NCBI GenBank assembly: GCA_034531195.2
Contig: JAVRBO020000103.1
Coordinates: 16,744 to 80,743, forward strand
Direction: 5' to 3'
DNA: 64,000 nt
Origin: Nostoc sp. ChiSLP01
Lineage (GTDB): Bacteria > Cyanobacteriota > Cyanobacteriia > Cyanobacteriales > Nostocaceae
The notes beneath the pieces were generated by a model that saw only the letters and a list, made by a program, of their open reading frames with translations, did not search any database and was not told where the DNA came from. How positions within the stretch are numbered: position 1 is the first letter of the stretch; each line of letters starts with the position of its first letter. A program made the position numbers and the translations under genes. Shown one piece after another: positions 35,136 through 45,386 of the stretch.

Positions 35136-35677
35136 TGTCTAGCTGCTGCTATCAAATGCTGATGTAATAAATACTCAAATTGATAAAGATAGGCAGCAAT
35201 AATTACTTGAATGAAGATTGAGAGTGTCGGCAAATGTGGTACTTCATTCTTAAATAAAGTTAATAAATTAAATAAATCAGGAGATGGCAAGAAAAGCCCT
35301 AAAATACCAAATGCTATTACCGCTGAGAAAATATTTACTGACCAACCATATAGTCCTTCCCACCAACTGAGCAAGCTGGGGAAAACTCCTGGGGCTGATT
35401 CTGTTTCGGGTACTCGACTTTCTGGGAAGAAGGAATCTAAAAACCGATGCAGCCAATGGTGAACAAATGCTACCACTATGATGGGGGACAGTTGGGCTAC
35501 CAAACTAAATAAATACATTAGCTTGAGAAAAATCACTCTGGGTAGCAAATTAATCAGCATAAAAATAATCATTCCCAGATAGGCGATCGCATATTGTAAA
35601 CCAATTATTAATAGAATGAGAGCGATCGCATTTACCCAAAACCGGGGAGTAGGAATCCAAGAAGGCCAATTTTGCAT
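35132..35677 (-). CDS. hypothetical integral membrane protein
   Basis: The 181-aa ORF has 4-5 predicted TM segments. I recognise no family. Confidence 0.5.
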   Translation of the reverse strand: MQNWPSWIPTPRFWVNAIALILLIIGLQYAIAYLGMIIFMLINLLPRVIFLKLMYLFSLVAQLSPIIVVAFVHHWLHRFLDSFFPESRVPETESAPGVFPSLLSWWEGLYGWSVNIFSAVIAFGILGLFLPSPDLFNLLTLFKNEVPHLPTLSIFIQVIIAAYLYQFEYLLHQHLIAAARQ

Positions 35678-35856
35678 AAATTTTTTTAGAATGTTTGGAA
35701 AGCTGTAATCCTAGCTGAATTTCAGAATTTTGATGAAGTTTTGTCAGGAAACTTGCACCATCACCTTAAAAGCTGAAATGTGAAATACTTATGGTGGCAG
35801 GACTCCTGAAAATCATCTCAATACTAATCTACTGGTAGCAAAATTAAAAGGCAATT

Positions 35857-36432
35857 ATGACTACCCTAATTCTGAACCTCAGCCCCACAATTGAATTAAC
35901 AGATGAGCAATTCTTCCAACTGTGTCAAAATAACCGAGATTTGCGACTTGAGCGCACCGCAGAGGGAGAATTAATAATCATGCCACCAACTGGATGGCAA
36001 ACTGGAAATCGCAATAGTAAACTGACACAGCGCTTAGGTAATTGGGCTGATGCTGATGGTACGGGGCTGACTTTTGACTCTTCAACGGGTTTCAAACTTC
36101 CTAATAGTGCAAATCGGTCTCCTGATGCGTCTTGGGTGAGTCGCCAGCGATTAGAAGCCCTAAATCCAGACCCCAACAGATTCTTACCAATGGCACCCGA
36201 TTTTGCGGTGGAATTACGCTCTGCTTCAGACAGCTTAAAGACTGTGCAACAAAAAATGCAGGAGTACATTGACAACGGTGTACGTTTAGGATGGCTGATC
36301 GATCCGCAAAACCAACACGTGGAAATTTACCGTCCAGGACAGGATGTGGAGGTTTTACAATCGCCTACTAATTTATCAGGAGAGGATGTATTACCTGGGT
36401 TTGTATTGGATTTAGCGCAAATTTTGAATTAA
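35857..36432 (+). CDS. Uma2-family putative endonuclease (short form, no repeat tail)
   Basis: The 191-aa ORF has the patterns LTDEQFFQLCQNN.DLRLERTAEGELIIMPP, SPDASWV, APDFAVELRSASD and EYI.NGV.LGWLIDP. Confidence 0.85.
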   Translation: MTTLILNLSPTIELTDEQFFQLCQNNRDLRLERTAEGELIIMPPTGWQTGNRNSKLTQRLGNWADADGTGLTFDSSTGFKLPNSANRSPDASWVSRQRLEALNPDPNRFLPMAPDFAVELRSASDSLKTVQQKMQEYIDNGVRLGWLIDPQNQHVEIYRPGQDVEVLQSPTNLSGEDVLPGFVLDLAQILN

Positions 36433-36440
36433 GTATCGTC

Positions 36441-38927
36441 TTACGTCAAAATCGCCCCACCCATCAACCGTTGATACCGATATTTCAACTCTTCTTTCAT
36501 CAAAGCCCAGCGCTCCAAAGTAACATCCATCTCTATAATTTTCTCGGCTGCTTGGCGTGCTAAAAGTAAAACCTCTTCATCTTCAACCAAACTCGCTAAA
36601 GTAAAATCCGGCACTCCAGATTGACGAGTTCCCAGTACTTGCCCCGGCCCGCGAAAACGCATATCCATTTCCGAAATGAAAAAGCCATCCTGGGACTGTT
36701 CCAAAACCCTCAATCTTTGTTGTGCGTCAGGATTCCTAGAACTGCTCATCAACAAACAGTAGGATTGAGCCGCGCCACGACCAACACGCCCGCGTAATTG
36801 GTGCAGTTGCGATAACCCAAACCGCTCTGCATTTTCAATGAGCATAACTGTAGCGTTAGGAACGTCTACACCTACCTCAACAACAGTAGTCGAAACTAAA
36901 ATTTGTGTTTCGTTATCGCGAAATTTAGTAATCGCGTCGTCCTTTTCAGCCGAACTCATGCGACCGTGCAGCAGCCCCACCTGAAAATCTGGAAAAACGC
37001 TTTCCTGTAACTTTTGATGCTCGTCTACAGCTGATCGCAAATCTAATTTTTCTGATTCTTCCACCAACGGCAAAACTACATAAACTTGTCTGCCTTGGGC
37101 AATTTCTCGACGCATCAAGTCGTAAGCATGGTTGCGTTGCTGACCTGATAGCACTGTTGTTTGTATCTTTTGCCGCCCTGGTGGTAACTCATCAATTTGG
37201 CTAACGTCTAAATCGCCGTGTATTGTCAGTGCTAAAGTTCGCGGAATCGGAGTAGCTGTCATAGTTAACACATGGGGTTGCTCCCCTTTTTGCTGTAAAC
37301 GCGCCCGTTGTTCTACCCCAAAGCGATGCTGTTCGTCAATCACCACTAACCCCAACCGCTGGAAATTTACAGGGTCTTGAATCAAAGCGTGAGTTCCCAC
37401 TAACAGCGGTAATTCACCCGTTTCTAACTGAGAATGTATTTGTCTGCGTTTAGTAACTTTAGTAGAACCTGTCAGTAATTCCACTGGTAAATGCAGCAGG
37501 TTAAACCAACTAACTAACTTGCGATAATGCTGTTCTGCTAAAACTTCTGTGGGAGCCATCAGCGCCGCTTGGTAGCCAGATTGAATTGCTGCAAGGATAG
37601 CCAACACCGCAACTACAGTTTTACCGGAACCGACATCGCCTTGCACCAAACGATTCATTGGTGCGGGTTTTTGTAAGTCGTTGAGGATATCGTTGATGAC
37701 TCGTTGCTGTGCCCCAGTGAGTTTAAAAGGCAGTATTTCGTAGAATTTTTCTATCAGTTGGCCGCGTGGTGCAAGGATGGCGGCCTTTTGAATTGCCTTT
37801 GCTTGTTGTTGACGTTGCAGTAAGCCGAGTTGCAGGTAGAAAAATTCGTCAAACACTAGGCGACGACGGGCGACTTGCAGAGTTTCGCCATCTTTGGGAA
37901 AGTGGATATTGGCGATCGCATCTTTCAATTCCATCAAAGCATATTTCTGCCGCAAGCCACTTGGCAAAGGGTCTTTCAACTGAGTCGCAGCTGGCAAAGC
38001 AGCAATTACCGCTTGTCGCACTGCATTCGCCACCACTCCCTCAGTCAATGCATAAATTGGCACCACGCGTCCAATATTCAATGACTCAATGGGATCTCCT
38101 GGATTTGCCAAAACCTCTAATTCTGGATTATCCAGCGTCAACCCGTATTTACTTTCTTTTACCAACCCGCACGCCGCAACAATACTACCTACGGGATAAC
38201 GGCGTTTTAAATTTTCTTGCCAACCGCGACTGCTATAACGCGTACCTGCGTAAAAACGACCGATTTTAATTTGACCGCTGTTATCTTTTACTAACAGTTC
38301 TAAAATTGATAATTTCTGATTTTTGGGGCTAGTAAAGCAGTTGCAACGCTTCACCGTCGCCACTATTGTCACAGTTTCACCCGCCTGTAACTCACGGATA
38401 TTCACCTGACGCGCATAGTCAATGTGGTCGCGGGGATAATAAAAAAGCAAATCGCGGACGGTATATAAACCAAGACGTGCTAAATTATCAGCTCTTTTAA
38501 AGCCTATTTCCGGTAAATCACTCAGTTTTTGCTCAATTTTCGGAGCAAGTCTCCGGCTCACCTCAGCAACAATTGGAGATGTCGGATTTTGAGTTTTAGA
38601 TTGATAACTTCTCCTCTGCTCCCCTGCTCCCCTGCTCCTCTGCTCCCCTTCCTCGTCCTCCTGCTGTAGCTGGTGAAGATACCTACGAGTCTCTGCTACC
38701 AAATGTTGCCTTTCTTCCAATACCAAATGTGGATAACTAGCAAATTGCACCGCTAGTCCTTGCCAACGGCGGCGTTCGCTTTGGGGTAAGCCTGTGGGAA
38801 ATTTTCCCAAAGTCAGGCTCAGAAATTCGCTGAAGCGGTATTGTCTGCCCATCAAATCTGTAAAGCCATGTTCGGCTTCTACTGCCAAAGCTTTATGCAA
38901 TCGTATCCAATCTGGTTTTTCACTCAT
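36441..38927 (-). CDS. recG: ATP-dependent DNA helicase RecG
   Basis: The 828-aa ORF has a wedge domain, Walker A GDVGSGKT, DEQHRFG, and helicase motifs through QLHQLRGRVGRG. The cyanobacterial N-terminal extension contains a repeat-encoded insert. Confidence 0.92.
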   Translation of the reverse strand: MSEKPDWIRLHKALAVEAEHGFTDLMGRQYRFSEFLSLTLGKFPTGLPQSERRRWQGLAVQFASYPHLVLEERQHLVAETRRYLHQLQQEDEEGEQRSRGAGEQRRSYQSKTQNPTSPIVAEVSRRLAPKIEQKLSDLPEIGFKRADNLARLGLYTVRDLLFYYPRDHIDYARQVNIRELQAGETVTIVATVKRCNCFTSPKNQKLSILELLVKDNSGQIKIGRFYAGTRYSSRGWQENLKRRYPVGSIVAACGLVKESKYGLTLDNPELEVLANPGDPIESLNIGRVVPIYALTEGVVANAVRQAVIAALPAATQLKDPLPSGLRQKYALMELKDAIANIHFPKDGETLQVARRRLVFDEFFYLQLGLLQRQQQAKAIQKAAILAPRGQLIEKFYEILPFKLTGAQQRVINDILNDLQKPAPMNRLVQGDVGSGKTVVAVLAILAAIQSGYQAALMAPTEVLAEQHYRKLVSWFNLLHLPVELLTGSTKVTKRRQIHSQLETGELPLLVGTHALIQDPVNFQRLGLVVIDEQHRFGVEQRARLQQKGEQPHVLTMTATPIPRTLALTIHGDLDVSQIDELPPGRQKIQTTVLSGQQRNHAYDLMRREIAQGRQVYVVLPLVEESEKLDLRSAVDEHQKLQESVFPDFQVGLLHGRMSSAEKDDAITKFRDNETQILVSTTVVEVGVDVPNATVMLIENAERFGLSQLHQLRGRVGRGAAQSYCLLMSSSRNPDAQQRLRVLEQSQDGFFISEMDMRFRGPGQVLGTRQSGVPDFTLASLVEDEEVLLLARQAAEKIIEMDVTLERWALMKEELKYRYQRLMGGAILT

Positions 38928-38938
38928 TGGTTAGTAAA

Positions 38939-39046
38939 GTTAGGAGTGAGGAGTTAGGAGTGAGGAGTTAGGAGTGAGGAGTTAGGAGTGAGGAGTTAGG
39001 AATAAATAACTCATAACTCACAACTCACAACTCATAACTCATAACT
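38939..39046. repeat. STRR-type repeats: (GTTAGGAGTGAGGA)x4 then AACTCAT/AACTCAC heptamers
   Basis: I read these directly in the intergenic region between the recG start and the stop of the 39047 gene. Confidence 0.9.
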
Positions 39047-39916
39047 TTATTCAAACCAACTAGCACGCCAGGCAGCTTCAGCTTCAGCAACTGCCCTTTC
39101 TCTAAGTTTCTTTTGATACTCTCGTTCTAGCTTGTTTAGCTGAACTAAGATACCGCGGATCTGTCTGCGTTCGGATGAGAGTGTAGGGTCAGCAAATTCA
39201 ATTTCCCCTAGTCGCAAATTAATAGCCATAATCTGCGTCAGACTAGAATCTTCTGACTGCTGGTCGTTTTCAATTTCAATTACTAAGTTTAATAAGTTGG
39301 GCGGCCCTGGCATTACCTCAGCAGATGCTTCTGATGCCGCAGCCGCCGCAGCTGCTAAAATCGGTTCTGGTAATTTTTTAGGTAATATCCCAGTTTTTTG
39401 TAATAAAACATTAGCATCATGGGAAACTTTTTTCAGTACCTCTTGGGTAACCTCCTCTAAGTTCTGTTGCCATTTTGCCAGTTCTATTGGGCTAGAGGTG
39501 TCTGGAGATGAGGGGGATGAAGGGGGCAAGGGAGACAAGGAAGACAACGAAGAATTTTCTCCCCCCTCTACCTTGTCTTCCTCCTCTACCTTGTCTCCCT
39601 CTGCTTCCTCATCTCCCTCATCTGCGCTAGTTTCCTCACTGTTAATAAAAGTAATCAACTGCTCAGCTGCCACTTGACCTAACTTGCGGATGGCTTGTTG
39701 CAATTGTTGGCGTTGATTCAATGATAAATGCAGGAAGTTTTCGGGATACCCTTGAGTACAAAGGTGATAAGTAGCTAGAATCAACTGTTTTTGTAAACTT
39801 ACTCCCAAGGTGGCTAGATAACTAGCATAAGCGGTTTGTAGTTCTAGTGCGATCGCTCTAATCGCTTCTTTGAGTGCTGCAATATCCCGCTCAATTCGCT
39901 CGATTGCTCTTGCCAT
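39047..39916 (-). CDS. hypothetical coiled-coil protein with acidic/Ser-Pro low-complexity insert
   Basis: The 289-aa ORF has helical N- and C-terminal parts. The central insert EGDEEAEGDKVEEEDKVEGGENSSLSSLSPLPPSSPSSP is encoded by short repeats. Confidence 0.55.
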   Translation of the reverse strand: MARAIERIERDIAALKEAIRAIALELQTAYASYLATLGVSLQKQLILATYHLCTQGYPENFLHLSLNQRQQLQQAIRKLGQVAAEQLITFINSEETSADEGDEEAEGDKVEEEDKVEGGENSSLSSLSPLPPSSPSSPDTSSPIELAKWQQNLEEVTQEVLKKVSHDANVLLQKTGILPKKLPEPILAAAAAAASEASAEVMPGPPNLLNLVIEIENDQQSEDSSLTQIMAINLRLGEIEFADPTLSSERRQIRGILVQLNKLEREYQKKLRERAVAEAEAAWRASWFE

Positions 39917-40040
39917 AACTTCTCGTTCTTAACCCATATCAACTCTTTTATAGTACAAATGCACTTATTTATTTTAGGATAACTTTCCCAGGCATTTTAA
40001 ATTCTGAATTATACGCGAAATTTCGCTGTATTAATAAAAT

Positions 40041-40067
40041 ACAGGTCAGGCTATTGGCTTGACCTGT
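40041..40067 (-). terminator. candidate terminator downstream of tsf
   Basis: The stem ACAGGTCA / TGACCTGT is followed by an A/T-rich tract (ATTTTATT) on the minus strand. Confidence 0.5.
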
Positions 40068-40077
40068 CCTTAAAGAA

Positions 40078-40156
40078 GTTAGGAGTTATGAATTATGAGT
40101 TATGAATTATTAAGCCAACTCCTAACTCCTAACTCCAAACTCCTAACTCCTAACTA
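40078..40156. repeat. STRR-type heptamers (GTTAGGA/GTTATGA/ATTATGA) with inverted TCCTAAC run
   Basis: I read these directly. The block lies just downstream of the tsf stop (40161). Confidence 0.9.
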
Positions 40157-40160
40157 AATA

Positions 40161-41105
40161 TTACTTACCGCCCATTTGTGCGGCGACTTCTTCAGCAAAG
40201 TTACTTTCTTGCTTTTCAATGCCTTCGCCCAGTACATAGCGGACAAAGCGATTTACTTGGATGTCTTCGCCTACTTGCCCCTTGACTTGCTTTAACAATT
40301 CTTCTACAGAAATACTTTGATCGCGAATATAAGGTTGATCTAGCAAAGTCAATTCTTTGAGGCGTTTGTCAATTCGTCCCTGAACAATCTTTTCTTTGAT
40401 GTTATCTGGCTTGTTTGCCAAATCATCTTTGCCCATTTCAATATCTTTTTCTTTTTGGGCGACTTCGGTAGGAATTTGATCTAGGCTGACATACTCAACA
40501 TTGGGGCAGGCTGCAACTTGCATGGCTGCGTTCCGTGCCAAGCTTTGGAACTCTTCTTTAGCAGCAGCTGAATCTGTTTGGGAACCCAACTCTACCAATA
40601 CACCAACTCGACCGCCAGTGTGAATGTAACTGTCCACGATACCTTGGGTGCCTTCTGCTAGTGCAAAAGTGATAAAACGACGCAGTTGGATGTTTTCGCC
40701 AAGGGTGGCAATAGTTTGCTTGATGAATTCATCTACAGTCACGCTTTCATTTTCAATATAGGGTTGAGTTAACAAAGACTCAACACTATCAGCAGTCACA
40801 GCTTGCTTTGCCAGGTTCTTGACTAAAGCTTTAAAAGCTTCGTTACGAGCCACAAAATCAGTTTGGCAGTTGACTTCTATGAGTACACCCACCCGGCCGC
40901 CTGGTTGAATGTAGGTGTCTACTAGACCTTCAGCGGCAATGCGATCGCTTTTTTTACCCGCCGAAGTGATGCCTTTTTTCCGTAGCCAGTCTGCGGCTTC
41001 TTCTATGTTGCCATCAGTTTCTTTCAGCGCCTTTTTGCAGTCCATCATGCCAGCGCCAGTTTTTTGGCGTAGCTCTTGGACGAGTTTTGCAGATATTTCC
41101 GCCAT
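40161..41105 (-). CDS. tsf: translation elongation factor Ts
   Basis: The N-terminus reads [40 protein letters not shown]. Duplicated EF-Ts core repeats follow. Confidence 0.93.
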   Translation of the reverse strand: MAEISAKLVQELRQKTGAGMMDCKKALKETDGNIEEAADWLRKKGITSAGKKSDRIAAEGLVDTYIQPGGRVGVLIEVNCQTDFVARNEAFKALVKNLAKQAVTADSVESLLTQPYIENESVTVDEFIKQTIATLGENIQLRRFITFALAEGTQGIVDSYIHTGGRVGVLVELGSQTDSAAAKEEFQSLARNAAMQVAACPNVEYVSLDQIPTEVAQKEKDIEMGKDDLANKPDNIKEKIVQGRIDKRLKELTLLDQPYIRDQSISVEELLKQVKGQVGEDIQVNRFVRYVLGEGIEKQESNFAEEVAAQMGGK

Positions 41106-41333
41106 GTTCCCTCAATTCCTAAACTTGACCTCGAATTATAATCGCTGACCTAATTTAGTGCTGAGTCACCGAAGCTCAAAGCAACTTGAGCCGCTGTAGC
41201 TTCTAGCTGAGTTTTGAGTGTTGAGTTATCAATTCAAAATTGATAACTCCCAACTTCAAAAATCAAAACTCAGCACTATCCAATTTGCTGGGTATTTCTA
41301 TCTTACTCAGCAGCTTTACGCAAGAATGAAGCA

Positions 41334-42131
41334 CTATTCTTCATCTTCATCATCGTCGGGAATCAGGGTGTCAGTATAGTCGCTTTCCTCGTATTCTTCG
41401 TCATACTCAGTGCCGTCGTAATCTTCGTAATCTTCTTCAGCATCAAGCTGACCGTGACGACCTTCATAAATGGCATCTGCCAATTTTCCGACTATCAGCT
41501 TAATCGATCTGATGGCATCGTCGTTTGCAGGGATAGGGATGTCAACTACATCTGGGTCGCAGTTTGTATCCAACATGGACACAATGGGAATGTTGAGTTT
41601 TTGGCATTCTTGAACAGCGTTATATTCCCGACGTTGGTCTACAATCACAACGATATCGGGTACTTTTCGCATTGTTTTAATACCACCCAAATATTTTTGT
41701 AGCTTCGCCATTTCCCGACGCAGCATCGACGCTTCTTTTTTCGGCAATAAATCTAATGCGCCGCTTTCTTCGCGCCGTTCCAAATCTTTGAGGCGGTCTA
41801 CCCGTGTTTTAATAGTTGCCCAGTTGGTCAGCATTCCGCCCAACCAGCGCTGGTTAATGTAGTGCGAACCGCAACGGCTGGCTTCTTGAGCAATAATTCC
41901 AGCAGCTTGCCGCTTTGTGCCGACGAAAAGAAATTTCTTTCCTTGCTCTGCCTGCGATCGCATATAACTATAAGCATCTTCCATCAACTGGGCAGTCTGC
42001 ACCAAGTCGATAATATGTACACCATTGCGAGAGGTGTAAATGTAAGGAGACATTTTTGGGTTCCAACGCCGGGTCTGATGCCCAAAGTGAACCCCTGACT
42101 CCATCATTTGAGCCAATGAAACAACTGGCAT
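41334..42131 (-). CDS. rpsB: 30S ribosomal protein S2
   Basis: It has the patterns [24 protein letters not shown], and [20 protein letters not shown]. It lies upstream of tsf, as in the conserved rpsB-tsf pair. The C-terminal tail is acidic. Confidence 0.95.
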   Translation of the reverse strand: MPVVSLAQMMESGVHFGHQTRRWNPKMSPYIYTSRNGVHIIDLVQTAQLMEDAYSYMRSQAEQGKKFLFVGTKRQAAGIIAQEASRCGSHYINQRWLGGMLTNWATIKTRVDRLKDLERREESGALDLLPKKEASMLRREMAKLQKYLGGIKTMRKVPDIVVIVDQRREYNAVQECQKLNIPIVSMLDTNCDPDVVDIPIPANDDAIRSIKLIVGKLADAIYEGRHGQLDAEEDYEDYDGTEYDEEYEESDYTDTLIPDDDEDEE

Positions 42132-42349
42132 AAATTTTTAACTCCGATTCGGGTTAAACCTCCATCCAAGCGTATTTCCCAATTGAGAAACACCCGAATT
42201 CTTAGATGTGCGAGATTAGTCAACCATACTAGGTTAGCATATTCGCTAAATTTAGGAGAAAGGGCAAAAGGGGAAAGGGAAAGGGAACAAGAAAATATAT
42301 CGGTAATTATTCTCTGTCTCTTCTCCTTTACCCCTTACCCTTTCCCCAA

Positions 42350-43399
42350 TTATGCAAACTCGATAGTCTCAACAAACTCTAAAATATTTTCCTTGATATA
42401 TTCGGCTTCTTCTTCGATGGAATCGGGTGTTTCGCCGTTGAAAAAGCTGTGCTGGCTGCTAACTATATACAAAAATTCACCACTGATAAAACTTAGTATC
42501 CCTCGATACGCATCTAATCTAACAGCAGTTCCATTATTTTCTTGCTTGGAAATCGTTGAACCTTTGGGCATATCAACTAATGCATAGTAAGCTCCTGAGA
42601 AAGTATCTTCTAAATATTCAGTATATTCTACACTAGCATTTGGTACATTTGCTAAAATTGCTTGGGGCACGTACTTGTCTACTAAAATTGATTGTAAATA
42701 TTTTTGTTGTCCAACAGATTCCAGTTCCTCTAACTGTTCGGTTGGAAAAGGATAGTAGTCAATTCTCAGCAAAGTACCGATGTCATCAGAAAAGCCCACT
42801 ACTCCTTCCTGGCTTTGAATTCTACCTCCATTTTCAGGATCGACTGGCACCAGCACTGTAAAATTACCTAAGGGAGATTTATAGGTCTGTTGGGTATATT
42901 CATCTATAACTACTGTTTCATCTTCGTCATCTGCATATTCCTCCTCTTCTGCTTCTTCAAAGGCTGCAATTACCTCTTTAATGATTTCCTCTGCTTCTTC
43001 ATCTTCAAGTTCCAAGGCTGTTTGTAGCTTTTTGAGGTAGCCTTGTTTTTGTTTGGGAATGGCGAGTTCATCGTCTAAAAGTACTATCACCCCAGCAGCG
43101 AAACCATCGAGTACTAATTCATCGGAGAGAGAAATTTTAGCGGTATTAAATAAGACACCAAGTCCTTCGTCTTCTGCAATACCTATGAGTCGATCTACAA
43201 TTTCGACAATTTCATCTTCGGAGTATTCTTCAAAAACCTCGAATTCCCAAAGGATACCTGCTAAGCTTTCTGCATCGACATCTTCAATGGATAAATCAGC
43301 GATCGCTGTTACAGTTGCGATGGCGGCCACGGCTTCCTCTGGACTTAGCGATTCCTCTGAGGTCTCGGATGAGTTAAAAATCTTGTCATACTTGCTCAT
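42350..43399 (-). CDS. acidic hypothetical protein with TerB-like N-terminal domain
   Basis: The N-terminal 150 aa resemble the TerB-like helical bundle (EEAVAAIATVTAIADLSIEDVDAESL...DELVLDGFAAGVIVLLDDE). I do not recognise the C-terminal 190 aa. Confidence 0.5.
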   Translation of the reverse strand: MSKYDKIFNSSETSEESLSPEEAVAAIATVTAIADLSIEDVDAESLAGILWEFEVFEEYSEDEIVEIVDRLIGIAEDEGLGVLFNTAKISLSDELVLDGFAAGVIVLLDDELAIPKQKQGYLKKLQTALELEDEEAEEIIKEVIAAFEEAEEEEYADDEDETVVIDEYTQQTYKSPLGNFTVLVPVDPENGGRIQSQEGVVGFSDDIGTLLRIDYYPFPTEQLEELESVGQQKYLQSILVDKYVPQAILANVPNASVEYTEYLEDTFSGAYYALVDMPKGSTISKQENNGTAVRLDAYRGILSFISGEFLYIVSSQHSFFNGETPDSIEEEAEYIKENILEFVETIEFA

Positions 43400-43681
43400 A
43401 ATTGTTACCAGGATCGATTGCTTTATAGTAATAACAGTTTGAAAGTGACAATGGTCAGTTTAGCAATGGAGCGAATCTCCAAAAGAAAAACTTCAGTAAT
43501 ATGCGGATTACAACAATGTAAAATTTGAAATTTGCGATTAAAACTCTTTAGCAAAAGGCTGTTGAGTGGAATTTGCCACAAACTCCATTACTAGAAAATC
43601 CCCCTACCAGTGATGAAAAATATTTCTTCCTCCTCTATTCCATACAAACGCTATGAATCGCGTCTCTAGCCACTCCCTTTT

Positions 43682-44917
43682 TTATTTCTCATCCTGATTC
43701 GCTACATACAGGAAGCGTTCGGCAATGTTTTCGTAAAAATTTGCATCGAACCAGTAACCTTGGTGCCCTTGGTCACCCCAAGATGCTTCATATTTCATTT
43801 CAACGTTATCCAGGTTTTCATAGTAATCTAGGTGACCGCTGATTGGATCTTTGAGATGGTAGTAATTGACCCAACGAACTCGATCTAGTTTGTATTCAAC
43901 TGGACTTTTGATTGAGTATTGATTTTTTTGTGTAAATTCTGGTTTCACACGGAAGGAGTTGAGGTGTTCTAAAATCCGCTGCCTAATATACTGTCCCTCC
44001 TGTGCTACCTCTCGGAAGAAAAAGGCGATTTTATCAAGCGGTGAACCAAAGGTAATTAATCCTTTAATTTTATCCAATAAAAGATTTTTATTCTCATCTG
44101 GAGAAAGGCTTGTTTCAACACACAGAAGGTTTAACGTGTCGTAAGCAATACAGCTACCAAGGGAATGTCCAGCTATTATTACTTGGTCGTAATTTGCTTG
44201 TTTATCTTTAAGAATTGCTTTCAGCAATGTTAAAGATTCCCTTAGTATTTGCTGACGAATTATTCTATAGGGTGATTTTGGGTCGGTGGTACTGTAGATA
44301 GTTATATCACCAATAAAATTAACCAAAGGTGGAGTGACAAGTTGTTTACTTAACTGCCAAGCTGACTGGAGAAAACGACCTTTGAGAAATGGGCCGGCCA
44401 AAAACAGAATTAACCAAACTGCCATTCGTAATACTGGATATAAAAAGTTAAATATCCGCAGTAATATGGTCAGCGATCGCAGGCGATATGTAAAAAAACT
44501 TTTCCTATTTCTGTTAGCCAAAAGGCTATCTAATAGAGGTTGATTTTCCTTACGATTATAAAACTTAATTGTGCCATCTAGAGTTTGTTCTGCCCATTGC
44601 AAAATCTCAGGTACAGTGATTTTATTTTCTGTATAAGCTGACCAGTAGTACTCGTGAACATCAATTAGCCAATCTTCATTGCTATCAGTTGGTTTCAGTC
44701 TCACAAAGCTTTCTGTCCAAAGAGACCCGGTTGATAGTCTGCGTTTAGCAATTAGATGTTCTAAATTGAAATCAAAACTTTGCTTATCGAAATATTTAAG
44801 AAAATTATGGGTGAAAAAGTCTACAGTTTCAAAAGGATTTTGTTCGCCAATACCGTGGATGAACAAAAATGCTGTGCGACCTTTGAGCAATCTCACCCTT
44901 TTTTGTTTATCTGTCAT
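43682..44917 (-). CDS. alpha/beta-hydrolase (lipase/esterase-like) protein with internal hydrophobic hairpin
   Basis: It has the nucleophile elbow AGHSLGSCIAYD and an N-terminal FIHGIGEQ oxyanion-type motif. A hydrophobic stretch LTILLRIFNFLYPVLRMAVWLILFLAGPFL lies between them. Confidence 0.55.
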   Translation of the reverse strand: MTDKQKRVRLLKGRTAFLFIHGIGEQNPFETVDFFTHNFLKYFDKQSFDFNLEHLIAKRRLSTGSLWTESFVRLKPTDSNEDWLIDVHEYYWSAYTENKITVPEILQWAEQTLDGTIKFYNRKENQPLLDSLLANRNRKSFFTYRLRSLTILLRIFNFLYPVLRMAVWLILFLAGPFLKGRFLQSAWQLSKQLVTPPLVNFIGDITIYSTTDPKSPYRIIRQQILRESLTLLKAILKDKQANYDQVIIAGHSLGSCIAYDTLNLLCVETSLSPDENKNLLLDKIKGLITFGSPLDKIAFFFREVAQEGQYIRQRILEHLNSFRVKPEFTQKNQYSIKSPVEYKLDRVRWVNYYHLKDPISGHLDYYENLDNVEMKYEASWGDQGHQGYWFDANFYENIAERFLYVANQDEK

Positions 44918-45386
44918 ATGGGTTTTTCAATTTAGTGGTGTAGGATTAGTGGCGGGTTTAAATCCACCAATAATTAATTCAGAATTCTCTTTTAATCTTA
45001 TTTACTTTATTACTTTATTGAAAAACATCGAAGATAATTAGTTATTTTTTAAACAATTAATTTCACTCAATTTATTTATGAAGCTTAACTAACAACTGTG
45101 AGACAGGATGTGTCCACTTTACTCAAATATAATTTGACCTCAGTACTTGCTAAAAATATGTATAAAATGCTACTATTGTTGATTATTGTTAACAAGTGAT
45201 GACATTAATAGCTGCTATATTCTTTTGTTTTTATCCTCTAGCAGATGAATTATATCTGCCGATAGAATTATAAACTAGCTAACGATAGATACCTACATCG
45301 CAGGCCAGATGTCACAATACCGACGTTTGCAGTTACACAAGATATTCAAAACACATACTGTAATTAAGTGAAATTTTGAGTTTTTT

